Below, one piece after another: positions 48,297 to 60,010 of a stretch of 64,000 nt of DNA. The DNA lies in assembly GCA_040220235.1 (NCBI GenBank), contig JAVJTO010000102.1. One strand, written 5' to 3'. The notes beneath the pieces were generated by a model. The model was not told where the DNA came from. It made no database searches and saw nothing but the letters and a program-made list of their open reading frames with translations. Each line of letters starts with the position of its first letter. Positions within the stretch are counted from its first letter, which is position 1. This DNA comes from Coleofasciculus sp. B1-GNL1-01. GTDB taxonomy: Bacteria > Cyanobacteriota > Cyanobacteriia > Cyanobacteriales > Coleofasciculaceae. A program made the position numbers and the translations under genes.

Positions 48297-51200
48297 TTAC
48301 TGAGTCTCGTAAATGTAGTCTTGCAACGCTTTCACATCTAAAGGCTGAGACTTCAAGGAACGAATTGCCCCGGCTGTTGCCTTCGCCCCCGCAATCGTGG
48401 TAACAAGTGGGATTTTGTAAGTCAGTGCGGTGCGCCGAATTAACCGACCATCGGCTTGGGCATCTTCTCCGGTTGGGGTATTAATAATCAACTGGATCTG
48501 CTTATTTTTAATCGCATCCAAGACATGGGGACGCCCTTGATGCAGTTTCAGGATTAAATCAACCTGCAAGCCTTGATCCTTAAGGGCTTGGCGTGTCCCT
48601 TCCGTGGCAATGACAGTAAAGCCCAAGTCCATCAAGTCTCGCACCACCGGGACAACATTGGCTTTATCCCGGTTATTGGTGGAGACAAAAACAGTACCTG
48701 AAAGGGGTAAACGCTGACCGGCGGCTAATTCTGCCTTGGCAAATGCCTTACCAAAGTCTGTATCAATCCCCATCACTTCACCAGTAGACCGCATTTCTGG
48801 TCCGAGGATGACATCGGTACCGGGGAATTTATCAAAGGGCAAGACGGCTTCTTTTACGGCAATGTGCTGGAGTTGAGGTTCGCGAGTTAAACCCAGGGCT
48901 TCTAGGGTTTCTCCTGCCATGATCCGGGACGCCAAAGCCGCTAGAGGGACACCGGTGGCTTTGGAGACATAAGGAACAGTACGCGACGCCCTCGGGTTGG
49001 CTTCCAGGATGTAAACGGTTTCCCCTTGCACCGCAAACTGGATATTCATCAAGCCGATGACTTTCAACTTTGTGGCTAATTGATGGGTACTGGTGCGAAT
49101 CGTTTCCATTGCTGTGGGACTCAGGGAAATAAACGGAACCGAACATGCTGAGTCGCCAGAGTGAATCCCGGCTTGTTCGATATGTTCCATGATGCCACCA
49201 ATCACCACGCGCCCGGTATGATCCGCGATCGCATCCACATCAACTTCAATGGCATTTTCCAAGAATTTATCAATCAGAATCGGGTGTTCCGGTTCAACTT
49301 GCACCGCAAAAGTCATATACCGTTCCAACTCTAGGTCAGAATAGACAATTTCCATTGCCCGTCCACCCAGGACGTAGGAGGGGCGCACTACCACCGGGTA
49401 ACCGATGCGCTTAGCAATGTCCAACGCCTCCTCATAACTGCGGGCGATGCCGTTGGGAGGCTGTTTGATATCCAGTTGGCGCAGGATTTGTTCAAAGCGT
49501 TCCCGATCTTCGGCAATATCAATGGAGTCGGGAGAAGTTCCCCAGATTTTGGTGGGAGCGGAGGTAGGGATTTCGGGATTGTTTAAAAACTCTTGGAGGG
49601 GAACGGCGAGTTTTAATGGAGTTTGACCGCCAAACTGGATGATAATCCCTTCTGGCTTCTCAGTTTCAATGATATTGAGAACGTCTTCTTTGGTCAGGGG
49701 TTCAAAGTAAAGGCGATCGCTGGTGTCGTAGTCTGTGGAAACGGTTTCGGGGTTGGAATTGACCATAATCGTCTCAAACCCTTCTTTGGCGAGGGCATAA
49801 GCCGCATGACAGCAACAGTAGTCAAACTCAATTCCCTGTCCAATCCGGTTGGGTCCCCCACCGAGAATCATCACCTTGCGCTTATCGGAGGGGATGACTT
49901 CGGTTTCTTCTTCGTAGGTGGAATAGTAATAGGGGGTGAGGGCTTCAAATTCGGCGGCGCAGGTATCCACGACTTTATAAACGGCGACAACCCCCAGTTG
50001 CTTACGATAGGTTCGCACCTCATCTTCGCTGGTTTTCGTGGCGAAGGCAATTTGGCGATCGCTATACCCTTGGCGTTTGATATACAAAAGCTGTTCTTTT
50101 GTCAAGTTTTTTAAGGGAGTACGCTTGATGAATTTTTCAGTTTCCAGTAAATCGGCAAACTTATCCAGGAACCAAGGGTCAATCCCGGTGAGTTCATAAA
50201 TTTCTTCCACGGTCATGCCTAACTGTAAAGCATGACGTAGGGTAAAGATGCGATCAGGGTTAGGAGTCCGTAAGCCAGACCGGACTTGTTCCAGGGAGGG
50301 GAGTTTCTCGGCGCGATCGCATCCCCACCCGTAGCGTCCGATTTCCAGAGAACGCAAGGCTTTTTGACAGGATTCTTGGAACGTGCGTCCAATTGCCATG
50401 GCTTCCCCCACGGACTTCATCTGGGTGGTGAGTACGGGTTGGGCGTTGGGGAATTTTTCAAAGGTAAATCGGGGAATTTTGGTCACCACATAGTCAATCG
50501 TGGGTTCAAAGGAGGCGGGGGTTTTCTGAGTGATGTCGTTGGGAATCTCATCCAAGGTGTACCCTACCGCCAACTTCGCTGCAAACTTGGCGATTGGGAA
50601 CCCTGTAGCTTTTGAGGCGAGGGCAGAACTACGGGAGACACGGGGGTTCATTTCAATGACAATCACGTCCCCGGAAACTGGATTGATGGCAAACTGAATA
50701 TTTGAGCCACCCGTTTCCACGCCAATCTCCCGGATAATTTGAATCGAGTAATCCCGGAGTCGCTGATATTCTTTATCAGTGAGGGTTTGGGCGGGGGCGA
50801 CGGTAATCGAGTCCCCCGTGTGGACGCCCATCGGGTCAAGGTTCTCGATTGAACAGATAATGACGACGTTATCGGCGAGATCCCGCATCACCTCTAACTC
50901 ATATTCTTTCCATCCCAGCAGCGACTGTTCTACGATGATTTGAGATACGGGGGAGGCATCTAACCCCGCTTGTGCCATTTCTTCGTATTCTTCCTGGTTA
51001 TAGGCAATGCCGCCGCCTGTCCCGCCTAACGTATAGGCTGGACGAATAATCAGGGGGTAAGTGCCAATGCGTTGGGCAAGGGCTTTGGCTTCATCCAGGT
51101 TACTGGCGATTCCGGAGGGACAGACTGGAATCCCAATGCGTCCCATGGCGTCTTTGAAAAGCTGGCGGTCTTCTGCCATTTCGATGGCATCAAGTTTAGC

Positions 51201-51551
51201 ACCAATGAGATCAACGCCGTATTTATCCAGAACCCCGTTTTTTGCCAGCGTTACGGCAACATTCAAACCCGTCTGACCCCCCATCGTTGGCAATAGGGCG
51301 TCTGGGCGTTCATTGGCAATCACCTTCTCCACAATTTCCGGAGTCAGGGGTTCAATGTAAGTACGGTCTGCGGTGTCTGGGTCGGTCATGATCGTGGCTG
51401 GATTGGAGTTAACCAGTACCACTTCGTAGCCTTCCTGTTGGAGGGCTTTACACGCCTGAGTTCCAGAGTAGTCAAACTCACAGGCTTGTCCAATAACAAT
51501 GGGACCAGAACCCAAGATCAGGATTTTGTGAAGATCGTCGCGGCGAGGCAT
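48297..51551 (-). CDS. carB: Carbamoyl-phosphate synthase large subunit
   Basis: [27 protein letters not shown], two ATP-grasp halves, C-terminal MGS domain. Confidence 0.97.
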   Translation of the reverse strand: MPRRDDLHKILILGSGPIVIGQACEFDYSGTQACKALQQEGYEVVLVNSNPATIMTDPDTADRTYIEPLTPEIVEKVIANERPDALLPTMGGQTGLNVAVTLAKNGVLDKYGVDLIGAKLDAIEMAEDRQLFKDAMGRIGIPVCPSGIASNLDEAKALAQRIGTYPLIIRPAYTLGGTGGGIAYNQEEYEEMAQAGLDASPVSQIIVEQSLLGWKEYELEVMRDLADNVVIICSIENLDPMGVHTGDSITVAPAQTLTDKEYQRLRDYSIQIIREIGVETGGSNIQFAINPVSGDVIVIEMNPRVSRSSALASKATGFPIAKFAAKLAVGYTLDEIPNDITQKTPASFEPTIDYVVTKIPRFTFEKFPNAQPVLTTQMKSVGEAMAIGRTFQESCQKALRSLEIGRYGWGCDRAEKLPSLEQVRSGLRTPNPDRIFTLRHALQLGMTVEEIYELTGIDPWFLDKFADLLETEKFIKRTPLKNLTKEQLLYIKRQGYSDRQIAFATKTSEDEVRTYRKQLGVVAVYKVVDTCAAEFEALTPYYYSTYEEETEVIPSDKRKVMILGGGPNRIGQGIEFDYCCCHAAYALAKEGFETIMVNSNPETVSTDYDTSDRLYFEPLTKEDVLNIIETEKPEGIIIQFGGQTPLKLAVPLQEFLNNPEIPTSAPTKIWGTSPDSIDIAEDRERFEQILRQLDIKQPPNGIARSYEEALDIAKRIGYPVVVRPSYVLGGRAMEIVYSDLELERYMTFAVQVEPEHPILIDKFLENAIEVDVDAIADHTGRVVIGGIMEHIEQAGIHSGDSACSVPFISLSPTAMETIRTSTHQLATKLKVIGLMNIQFAVQGETVYILEANPRASRTVPYVSKATGVPLAALASRIMAGETLEALGLTREPQLQHIAVKEAVLPFDKFPGTDVILGPEMRSTGEVMGIDTDFGKAFAKAELAAGQRLPLSGTVFVSTNNRDKANVVPVVRDLMDLGFTVIATEGTRQALKDQGLQVDLILKLHQGRPHVLDAIKNKQIQLIINTPTGEDAQADGRLIRRTALTYKIPLVTTIAGAKATAGAIRSLKSQPLDVKALQDYIYETQ

Positions 51552-51949
51552 AAGTGTCGGTGATTGCGTGACTATTCTTGAATCCTGTTTATTTTATATG
51601 GTTTGAGGGAAATTCGTCGCGGCAGTTATGTTGGGATTTGATGACTTAGGGGAGTTTGGGTAACACAGATTTCTCTGAATTTATTGGGAGGTTAGGGGTG
51701 GGGAGGTGGACTGTTGATAGCACTGATTGCACTGAGGCATTAGTAGAGAGGGGACACAGGATTAAAGGATGATTACGATGGTATCTCGTCTAAGGGCTGA
51801 CTGTGCGATCGCGCTCTGTTTATCCTTAATTCGACCGACAGGCGATCACACTTCATTTCAACCCTAATGCGATCGCACTGTGAAATATCTGATCGGCTGA
51901 TCATTAAGATTGCTATAATCGACTAGATTCTACGGGTTGGAGTCTCTCA

Positions 51950-52150
51950 ATGACATCACTATCAAACCAGCGTCAGATCCGTATTACTAAGGTGGAGATG
52001 AGATCGGCTAAATCGGATGCAGTCTATTGGCATACTCAACCCTATGCGGCGCGTCTGGCGGCATTAGAGTCCATTCGCCAAGAGTTTGTGGGTTGGAAAT
52101 ACGGTGCTAAACCAAGATTTCAAAGAGTTTATACAATCGTTAAACGATAA
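51950..52150 (+). CDS. Small hypothetical protein, partner of the downstream nucleotidyltransferase
   Basis: 66 aa, YW...RLAALE.IRQE motif, overlaps the next ORF. Confidence 0.6.
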   Translation: MTSLSNQRQIRITKVEMRSAKSDAVYWHTQPYAARLAALESIRQEFVGWKYGAKPRFQRVYTIVKR

Positions 52151-52559
52151 TCAGGTTCGTTATCTGGTGATTGGGGGATATGCGGTGGCGCTGCATGGCT
52201 ATCCTCGCTACACGAAAGATATTGATATTTGGATTGAGATGTCGCTGGATAATGCTAATCGTATGATACAGGCGTTGCAGGAATTTGGATTTGCCTCTGT
52301 TGATTTACAGCCTCAAGATTTTATGGTATCCGATCAGGTGATTCAGTTAGGATATCCGCCAAACCGAATTGATTTGTTAACCACACCGGATGGGGTGGAT
52401 TTTGCCACCTGTTATGCAGCAAGGCTTGAGATTGAGCTCGCGGGTGTATTAGTGAACTTCATTGATTTAGAAAATTTGCGCGTCAATAAGCGGGCGTCGG
52501 GACGATTGCAAGATCTGGCGGATTTGGAAAATTTAGAAGCTTCTCCTCAGGACGAATAG
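52104..52559 (+). CDS. Putative nucleotidyltransferase (DUF6036-like)
   Basis: YLVIGGYAVALHGYPRYTKDIDI and K..SGRLQDLADLE; GTG start at 52104 preferred. Confidence 0.78.
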   Translation: MLNQDFKEFIQSLNDNQVRYLVIGGYAVALHGYPRYTKDIDIWIEMSLDNANRMIQALQEFGFASVDLQPQDFMVSDQVIQLGYPPNRIDLLTTPDGVDFATCYAARLEIELAGVLVNFIDLENLRVNKRASGRLQDLADLENLEASPQDE

Positions 52560-52724
52560 AGCAGATTGAGTTCGTTTAGGTTTCAACCTTTGCTGACCAT
52601 AAGAAATGATCTGACCATAATTTTCGTGCCGCAGGAGCACCGTTTTATGTTTGGATGGTGCGTTACACTTCGTTAACGCACCCTACAGCTAGCTAAGCAC
52701 CAGCGACTTTCGTCCAACCCATTG

Positions 52725-53156
52725 TTATGTGGCATTATCGCGTAGTCGTTTGAAGTACACCAGTTCCGGATCGCCGTCGTCCAGGTTTTCGATGAGGCCA
52801 CTTCGAGCAAATTCCAGCGTTGCCAACAGCCGCTGCATCGGGACATTGGATTGATTCGTCGATGTGAACAGTTTGGGTGTGCGGCATTCGTTGATCAAGT
52901 GGCGGATCAACGAAGAACCGATTCCCTGACCCCTGAATTGCGGATGGACGTAGAGCATTTCAATCCAACCGTTGTCGTAGAACTTGTAGTTCAGGACGGC
53001 GTAGGCCACGACGTTCGCGTCGATGACGGCGATGTAACACGCGGACGATTCGATTTGCTCGTGAATAAACTGGACGCGTGCAACGTCAGATGCGGCGACG
53101 TGATCGAACCCGATGATCGCATCTGCATCGGTCGTTGTGGCGATTCGCAATTCCAT
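52725..53156 (-). CDS. GNAT-family N-acetyltransferase, likely integron-cassette derived
   Basis: LYVHPQFRGQGIGSSLI, STNQSNVPMQ; visibly GC-richer codons. Alternative start at 53186. Confidence 0.85.
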   Translation of the reverse strand: MELRIATTTDADAIIGFDHVAASDVARVQFIHEQIESSACYIAVIDANVVAYAVLNYKFYDNGWIEMLYVHPQFRGQGIGSSLIRHLINECRTPKLFTSTNQSNVPMQRLLATLEFARSGLIENLDDGDPELVYFKRLRDNAT

Positions 53157-53185
53157 AGGAGTATCGCAAGTCACATAACTATTCA

Positions 53186-53277
53186 TTATTTGACAAATTC
53201 GGCTAATTGTGGTTTCAAGTCTTGAGTCGTGTTTACTGTCGTGACTAGGGATTGTTCCGCCTCGGTGAAGGGTTCAG
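53186..53277 (-). repeat. Diverged duplicate of the 3' end of the 54223..55761 gene
   Basis: CTGAACCCTTCACCGAGGCGGAACAATCCCTAGTCACGACAGT is identical to the minus strand ending at 54311; encodes EPFTEAEQSLVTTVNTTQDLKPQLAEFVK*. Confidence 0.88.
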
Positions 53278-53778
53278 TTAAATGTGGGGATGGTGCGTTA
53301 CACTTGCGTTTCTGTTGAAATATCTGCGAAATGTAGGGTTGACTCAATTTTCGGTTGGGCGACAACAGGATGGGGTCGAGATTGCGCGGGTATCGGTTGG
53401 ATATCCGATTTTTTATTCGCGTTTGCAGGTTTGGGGAGGGATTGATGGGTGGACATGATAATGATAATTAGGTATAGGCGATGGGAATAGAACCAGGTTA
53501 ACAAGTCCCCCGATGATGGGTCAGCCTCGGTTTGATAAATCTTTATATCCTTGGGCATAAAAAAATCCCAGAACCAACCGTAGGGGCGCACCGACGTGCG
53601 CCCTTTGACGTGCGCCCTTTGCCGACGCACTGACGTGTGTCCAGATAACCCTGGTATTCCAAATAACGAACGTGCGATCGCTTTACCCAAGTAAGGGTTT
53701 GAGACTTGTTTACAAAACTTAGTACAGAGCCGTTTTCTTTTGTCCGACTACTTATCAATAGGCTTTTAAGGGAAATTT

Positions 53779-53842
53779 AATATCTGAACGACCATTCAGG
53801 TGTTATGCTAAAAAAAAATATCTGAAGACTTGTTCAGATATT
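53779..53842 (+). promoter_or_regulatory. Two SmtB/ArsR-type 12-2-12 operators around the metallothionein promoter
   Basis: AATATCTGAACG-AC-CATTCAGGTGTT (53779-53804) and AATATCTGAAGA-CT-TGTTCAGATATT (53817-53842), with an extended -10-like TGTTATGCT at 53801-53809. Confidence 0.85.
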
Positions 53843-53869
53843 GAGTCAAACACTATCGTGGAGAGAAAG

Positions 53870-54037
53870 ATGACAACTGCCACTCAAACGCAATGTGCCT
53901 GTGATTCCTGCGCGTGCATGGTGAGTACCGATTCAGCCGTGCAAAAAGACGGCAAATATTACTGTAGCGACGCTTGCGCTAACGGTCATCCCAACGGAGC
54001 TGGCTGTGGGCATTCTGGTTGTGAATGTCACGCTTAA
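53870..54037 (+). CDS. smtA: Prokaryotic metallothionein (55 aa; not in the ORF track)
   Basis: MTTATQTQCACDSCACMVSTDSAVQKDGKYYCSDACANGHPNGAGCGHSGCECHA; GGAG ribosome-binding site. Confidence 0.95.
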   Translation: MTTATQTQCACDSCACMVSTDSAVQKDGKYYCSDACANGHPNGAGCGHSGCECHA

Positions 54038-54136
54038 TCGGGCGCATTTTCAGGGATTGCCGATCTTATGGACAGATAGAAACCACTCCAGGTACAGAAG
54101 AATCGCTGTGTCTGGAGTGGTTCTTGTCTCTTCTTT

Positions 54137-54239
54137 GACAGAGGGTCAACATCGAGCGAAGTCGAGATGTTAAAACCATTGCAAGAAAGCCTATTCCCTA
54201 TTGCCTCTCCCCACCACAAGACTTATTCAGCAGCCCCTA
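54137..54239. mobile_element. Partial copy of the 16275-16653 element
   Basis: GACAGAGGGTCAACATCGA...GCCTATTCCCTATTGCCTCTCC..ACCACAA.ACTTATTCAGCAG shared with ~16527-16650. Confidence 0.7.
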
Positions 54240-55761
54240 ATTGAGATTGCCAATTTTGAGTCGTGTCCACTGTCGTGACTAGGGATTGTTCCGCCTCGGT
54301 GAAGGGTTCAGCCGTGGCTTGTTGGCGACTGAGTAAATCAGTAGTTGCATCAGATACATCTCCAGTGCGGGATGAGAGGCGATCGCGTAGGACTTCAATA
54401 GGGGCGGTGCAGTGTAGAATCCGCAAGGGTAACTGATGTGCCTGGGCTTGAGTGATCGCATCCCCTCGAAATGCCTGTCGATCATACTTCGCATCAAGAA
54501 TCACCGGGAAGCCTTGCTGTGCTAACATGATGCCCAATTCCAACAGGCGATTGTATGTTTTCTGGTTCATCTGGGGAGTATACAGTTGATCAGATCCTTT
54601 TTGCTCCAACGGAATACCCGCTAAATGTTTCCGTACTGCATCAGATCGCAGGTGAATCGCTCCCAACTGCTGCGCCAATTGTCGCGCTACTGTACTTTTC
54701 CCCGAACCCGATAACCCGGACATAATCACAACTTGTCCGGAATTCGTTTTCGTGTAGTCCCAAGCCAACCGATAATAGTCGGCGGCTGTTTTCGCCGCAT
54801 CTTGTTTCGTCTCCTCCGGAACCGCTGAATCATCCAATAAAAATGAGGTGACTTTCGCCCGCACATAAGCTTGGCGACATAAGTACAAAGGCAATACCTG
54901 TAACCCTTGCCAATCTCCAGTTTGCTCCAAATAGGTATTCAGAAACACATTCCCCAACTCCTTAGCCCCCCGCGCATCCAAATCCATCACTACAAAAGCG
55001 ATATCGTACATCACATCCACAAAGCGGAACGGTTCATTAAATTCAATCCGATCAAACAGTTGAATCTTATCCTGCCACAGGCAAATATTTCTCAGATGCA
55101 AATCCCCGTGACATTCCCGAATCCGGTTATTGTCTAGGCGCTGTTCTAATAACGCCTCTCGTTGGGCAAAAAAGCGATCGCTAAATTGTTTCGTTTCTTG
55201 AAATTGCTCTTGGGTTTGCGCCCTACCAATATAGTTTTCCGTTTGCTGATAATTTTCGACAAATGCCTCACGAATTTTGGCAGGTGTACCGAAACTGCGG
55301 ATATAGTCATTGGTTTGGCTTTGACCATGGAATTGAGCCACGACTCGTCCCAGGTTCTCCATATCCGTTGCCGTCAATTTGCCTTGCTCGAAGCGCGTGC
55401 TAAACAAGGCATCCTGGGGGAATTGGCGCATTTTCAAGGCATACTCTACAGTCTGAGAGTCATCCCCTAGAATCAAGCGATCGCCCTTTTGACTAATCGG
55501 CAAGACATCCAGATAAATCTCCGGTGCTTGGGGTTTATTCATCTGCAACTCTTGCCAACAGAAATGCTCTCGTTTCTCCAATGTGGAAAAATCTAAAAAG
55601 CTAAAGTTAACCGCTTTCTTGACTTTATAGGCATAATCCCCCGTGAGAAATACATAAGACACATGAGTCTGAATCAAATCAATCGGTGTTTGAACCGGAT
55701 GAGGATAAAAATCCGGTTGCTTCATTTGATGAATTAGATCCGAAATAGGGCGTTGTGACAT
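54223..55761 (-). CDS. Bifunctional APH-like kinase / AAA_33 P-loop protein
   Basis: QTHVSYVFL..YAYKVKK, RECHGDLHL.NI, FDRIEFN, SGLSGSGKST, RSDAVRK. Confidence 0.88.
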   Translation of the reverse strand: MSQRPISDLIHQMKQPDFYPHPVQTPIDLIQTHVSYVFLTGDYAYKVKKAVNFSFLDFSTLEKREHFCWQELQMNKPQAPEIYLDVLPISQKGDRLILGDDSQTVEYALKMRQFPQDALFSTRFEQGKLTATDMENLGRVVAQFHGQSQTNDYIRSFGTPAKIREAFVENYQQTENYIGRAQTQEQFQETKQFSDRFFAQREALLEQRLDNNRIRECHGDLHLRNICLWQDKIQLFDRIEFNEPFRFVDVMYDIAFVVMDLDARGAKELGNVFLNTYLEQTGDWQGLQVLPLYLCRQAYVRAKVTSFLLDDSAVPEETKQDAAKTAADYYRLAWDYTKTNSGQVVIMSGLSGSGKSTVARQLAQQLGAIHLRSDAVRKHLAGIPLEQKGSDQLYTPQMNQKTYNRLLELGIMLAQQGFPVILDAKYDRQAFRGDAITQAQAHQLPLRILHCTAPIEVLRDRLSSRTGDVSDATTDLLSRQQATAEPFTEAEQSLVTTVDTTQNWQSQLGAAE

Positions 55762-55864
55762 ATCGCTTAATCTACACAAAAATAACTCTTATAACCAGTG
55801 ATGAATAATAAAAAAGCCAGGGATAATCTAGTGTTCCCTGGCTCAAAAAACGATGTCTCTAACG

Positions 55865-56503
55865 TTAAATTTCTTCTTCTTCTTCTCCGTTCGCTAACAA
55901 GGACATTGCTTCATCCACCTCAGATTCTTCAGAGGGTTCAGCTGGCATCGTGGGCGCACCCAGGATATTAACAACAGTTCGTTGGGGATCATCCATCGCG
56001 GTAGCACCTGCTGGCAATAGAATTTCATGAACATGCAAGCTGGCACCGATATCCAAGTTGGAGATATCAACCTCAATGGCTTCTGGAATATTATCCGGAG
56101 CGCATTCAACTTGAAGTTCCGTCATCACATGTTCTAAAATGCCGCCTTGCTTCACGCCAAACGCTGTTCCCACCAAATTTACAGGTAAGGAGATTTGGAT
56201 AGTATCCTGACTTGCCACTGAGAAAAAACTCAGGTGATAGAGGATTGGTTTCCAGGGATGAGTTTGTACTTCTCGCAGCAGCGCTTTTCCCTTCCAAGAC
56301 AGGTCAGGAATGTTGACCTGAACAGCGGTATGATTAATATCAGCCTGCTTGAGTAAGGTTTCTGCGGCTTTAGCTTCAACCGTGAGTGCGACAGATTCAG
56401 CCCCCTTATGACCATAGAGTGTTGCTGGGATTAAACCCTCTCTACGTAAGGCTTTGGGCTTACTTCCCTCGGCTCGCTTGTGACATTCAACTTTAACTTC
56501 CAT
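55865..56503 (-). CDS. rplY: 50S ribosomal protein L25 / Ctc
   Basis: LRREGLIPATLYG, REVQTHP, GVKQGG, IPEAIEVDIS.L.IG. Confidence 0.95.
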   Translation of the reverse strand: MEVKVECHKRAEGSKPKALRREGLIPATLYGHKGAESVALTVEAKAAETLLKQADINHTAVQVNIPDLSWKGKALLREVQTHPWKPILYHLSFFSVASQDTIQISLPVNLVGTAFGVKQGGILEHVMTELQVECAPDNIPEAIEVDISNLDIGASLHVHEILLPAGATAMDDPQRTVVNILGAPTMPAEPSEESEVDEAMSLLANGEEEEEI

Positions 56504-56587
56504 AGCTAATCTTTTGGCTCAAGTATTGGTGTTGGCGATTCTTTGTCAATCATTCGTCTTATGGTATGACATAAGACATAAGGCAAG

Positions 56588-57988
<1,401 letters not shown>

Positions 57989-58000
57989 TCAATCGATTTG

Positions 58001-58127
58001 GTCATTCGTCATTCGTCATTTGTCATTCGTCATTCGTTGCTCCCCTCCCTCATCTTCCCACACCCGACACCCGACACCCGACACCCGACACCCGACACCC
58101 GACACCCGACACCCTACACCCTACACC
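58001..58127. repeat. Heptamer tandem repeats (GTCATTC)n and (CACCCGA)n
   Basis: Directly visible arrays; similar heptamer arrays at ~15077, 15222, 47054, 60705 and 62568. Confidence 0.85.
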
Positions 58128-58133
58128 GAAACC

Positions 58134-59003
58134 CTAGAAAACCTCCGGGACAAACGTTTGAGTAGACATAGGCGGACGGTGATACTCCAATTCTGGCTGT
58201 CGGGGGGGTAACTCAATCGGGTCTGGTGTTAAATCTTTATAGGGAATCAGACTTAACAGGTGAGAAATACAATTGAGACGGGCGCGTTTTTTCTCATCGG
58301 CTTCCACCACATACCAAGGTGATTGCTTAATATCCGTCGCCGCAAACATTTCATCCTTGGCTTTAGAATACTCCACCCAGCGAGCGCGAGACTCTAAATC
58401 CATCGGACTAAGTTTCCAGCGCTTGGTTGGATCTTCCATGCGGCTACGAAAACGGCGTTCTTGCTCATCGTCACTCACGGAAAACCAATACTTGATCAGA
58501 ATAATTCCCGATCGCTGAATCATGCATTCAAATTCTGGACACGATCGCAGAAACTCCTGATACTCGTCATCCGTGCAAAACCCCATCACTCGTTCCACAC
58601 CCGCTCGATTGTACCAACTGCGGTCAAACAGTACCATCTCCCCGGCGGCTGGCAAATATGGCACATAGCGTTGAAAATACCATTGAGTTTTCTCTCGCTC
58701 TGTGGGTGTACCCAGCGCCACCACTTTACACACACGGGGATTCAAGCATTCTGTAATCCGCTTGATCACGCCACCTTTTCCGGCTGCATCCCGCCCTTCA
58801 AAAACGACGACGACTTTTAATCCCTTTTGTTTAATCCATTCCTGTAATTTGACTAACTCAACCTGTAGCCGACGCAATTCCCGTTTGTAAACTTTCTTCT
58901 TCAATTTCTTGGATTTGCCTTTGTCGGTTTTCACTTTTTCTTTTTCTTTGACCAGGGAATTTGTTTGATCTGTCACTTTGTCGTTAGTTAACTTGTTGGA
59001 CAT
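58134..59003 (-). CDS. ppk2: Polyphosphate kinase 2
   Basis: FEGRDAAGKGG, WYFQRY, FDRSWYNRAGVERVMGF, WKLSPMD. Confidence 0.95.
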   Translation of the reverse strand: MSNKLTNDKVTDQTNSLVKEKEKVKTDKGKSKKLKKKVYKRELRRLQVELVKLQEWIKQKGLKVVVVFEGRDAAGKGGVIKRITECLNPRVCKVVALGTPTEREKTQWYFQRYVPYLPAAGEMVLFDRSWYNRAGVERVMGFCTDDEYQEFLRSCPEFECMIQRSGIILIKYWFSVSDDEQERRFRSRMEDPTKRWKLSPMDLESRARWVEYSKAKDEMFAATDIKQSPWYVVEADEKKRARLNCISHLLSLIPYKDLTPDPIELPPRQPELEYHRPPMSTQTFVPEVF

Positions 59004-59079
59004 TATTTAAGATAGCTCTAGCTACTCTAGCTAAAGAAATTATAGAAAACCGCTATACGATATTTTTTTGTATCAAAAA

Positions 59080-59697
59080 TCACTCCCCAGCCTGAAAGAC
59101 CTGTTGAACCGTCAAATTTAGATCCGAGAATGTGGGTGAAACAATGCGGTCATTTCCCCTAAACTGAGTCACCTGGTATTCACCGTCAATCAGTTGGTAT
59201 ACACTAAATGTCGGTCGTTTGGGGTTGCCAATGTAACGCCTCCCCCCTAACCCCAGATAGTCCACAATCCAATACTCAGGAATACCCATCGCCTCGTAGT
59301 CTTCCAGCTTCAGCGCATAATCATCACTCCAATTGGTGGAAACAACCTCGACCACCAGACGTGCGGAAGATCCTTGAGTAATAATAGATTCCCGTTCCCA
59401 TCGGGGATCATCTCCGATAGTCTGGGAATTCAACACAATAACATCCGGTTCATAGCCAGACTCATAAGGGATGGGTTTAATCACACATTCTTTAGGAATA
59501 AAACTATTAAATGAAGCCCTTCTGATTTCAAAGTTTAGTTCAGCGATAAGGAAACCTGCTATCCGCGAATGTTTTCCCGTAGGTTTAGGCATTTCAATAA
59601 TTACTCCATTGTGAAGTTCATAATGGTGTTCTGACTTCTGCGGATACCAAGCAATAAATTCATCGAATGTTACAGGTTTAGGTAAGGCTTGAATCAT
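59080..59697 (-). CDS. Uma2/DUF820 family endonuclease-like protein
   Basis: YELHNG.IIEM, PDVIV, LVVEVVS, K..DYE.MGIPEYWIVD. Confidence 0.9.
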   Translation of the reverse strand: MIQALPKPVTFDEFIAWYPQKSEHHYELHNGVIIEMPKPTGKHSRIAGFLIAELNFEIRRASFNSFIPKECVIKPIPYESGYEPDVIVLNSQTIGDDPRWERESIITQGSSARLVVEVVSTNWSDDYALKLEDYEAMGIPEYWIVDYLGLGGRRYIGNPKRPTFSVYQLIDGEYQVTQFRGNDRIVSPTFSDLNLTVQQVFQAGE

Positions 59698-59768
59698 GGT
59701 CTGTGGGGAGAAAGGTTTCTCAAGGATGATTTCCCCACTTGAGGAAACCATCCTCGTTATCTTAACTG

Positions 59769-59864
59769 GAATGGTACTGACGCATAAGCTGGCGTGGCAC
59801 AGCCCACCCTACGGGATATCAAGGGTTTCGGCAATCCCCATATACACGCTTTTCAGTGCCATTC
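59769..59864. mobile_element. MITE with a 10-bp target-site duplication
   Basis: GAATGGTACTGA...TCAGTGCCATTC flanked by ATCTTAACTG on both sides. Confidence 0.8.
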
Positions 59865-60010
59865 ATCTTAACTGGGCTTTGGCTAACGTCCGGCTTGGCT
59901 GACACACCCAATTTAGCGAGTATGACGTGAGCCTCCGATAAGGTAACATTGTATCAATTCCTGCAAATGTATCGATTTGTTAACAAACACCTGACGAACT
60001 ACAACTGTCT

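Noticed and set aside
53186..54311. Duplicated gene tail as a diversity-generating retroelement template/variable pair
   Set aside because: Differences are not confined to adenines and there is no reverse transcriptase in the window.
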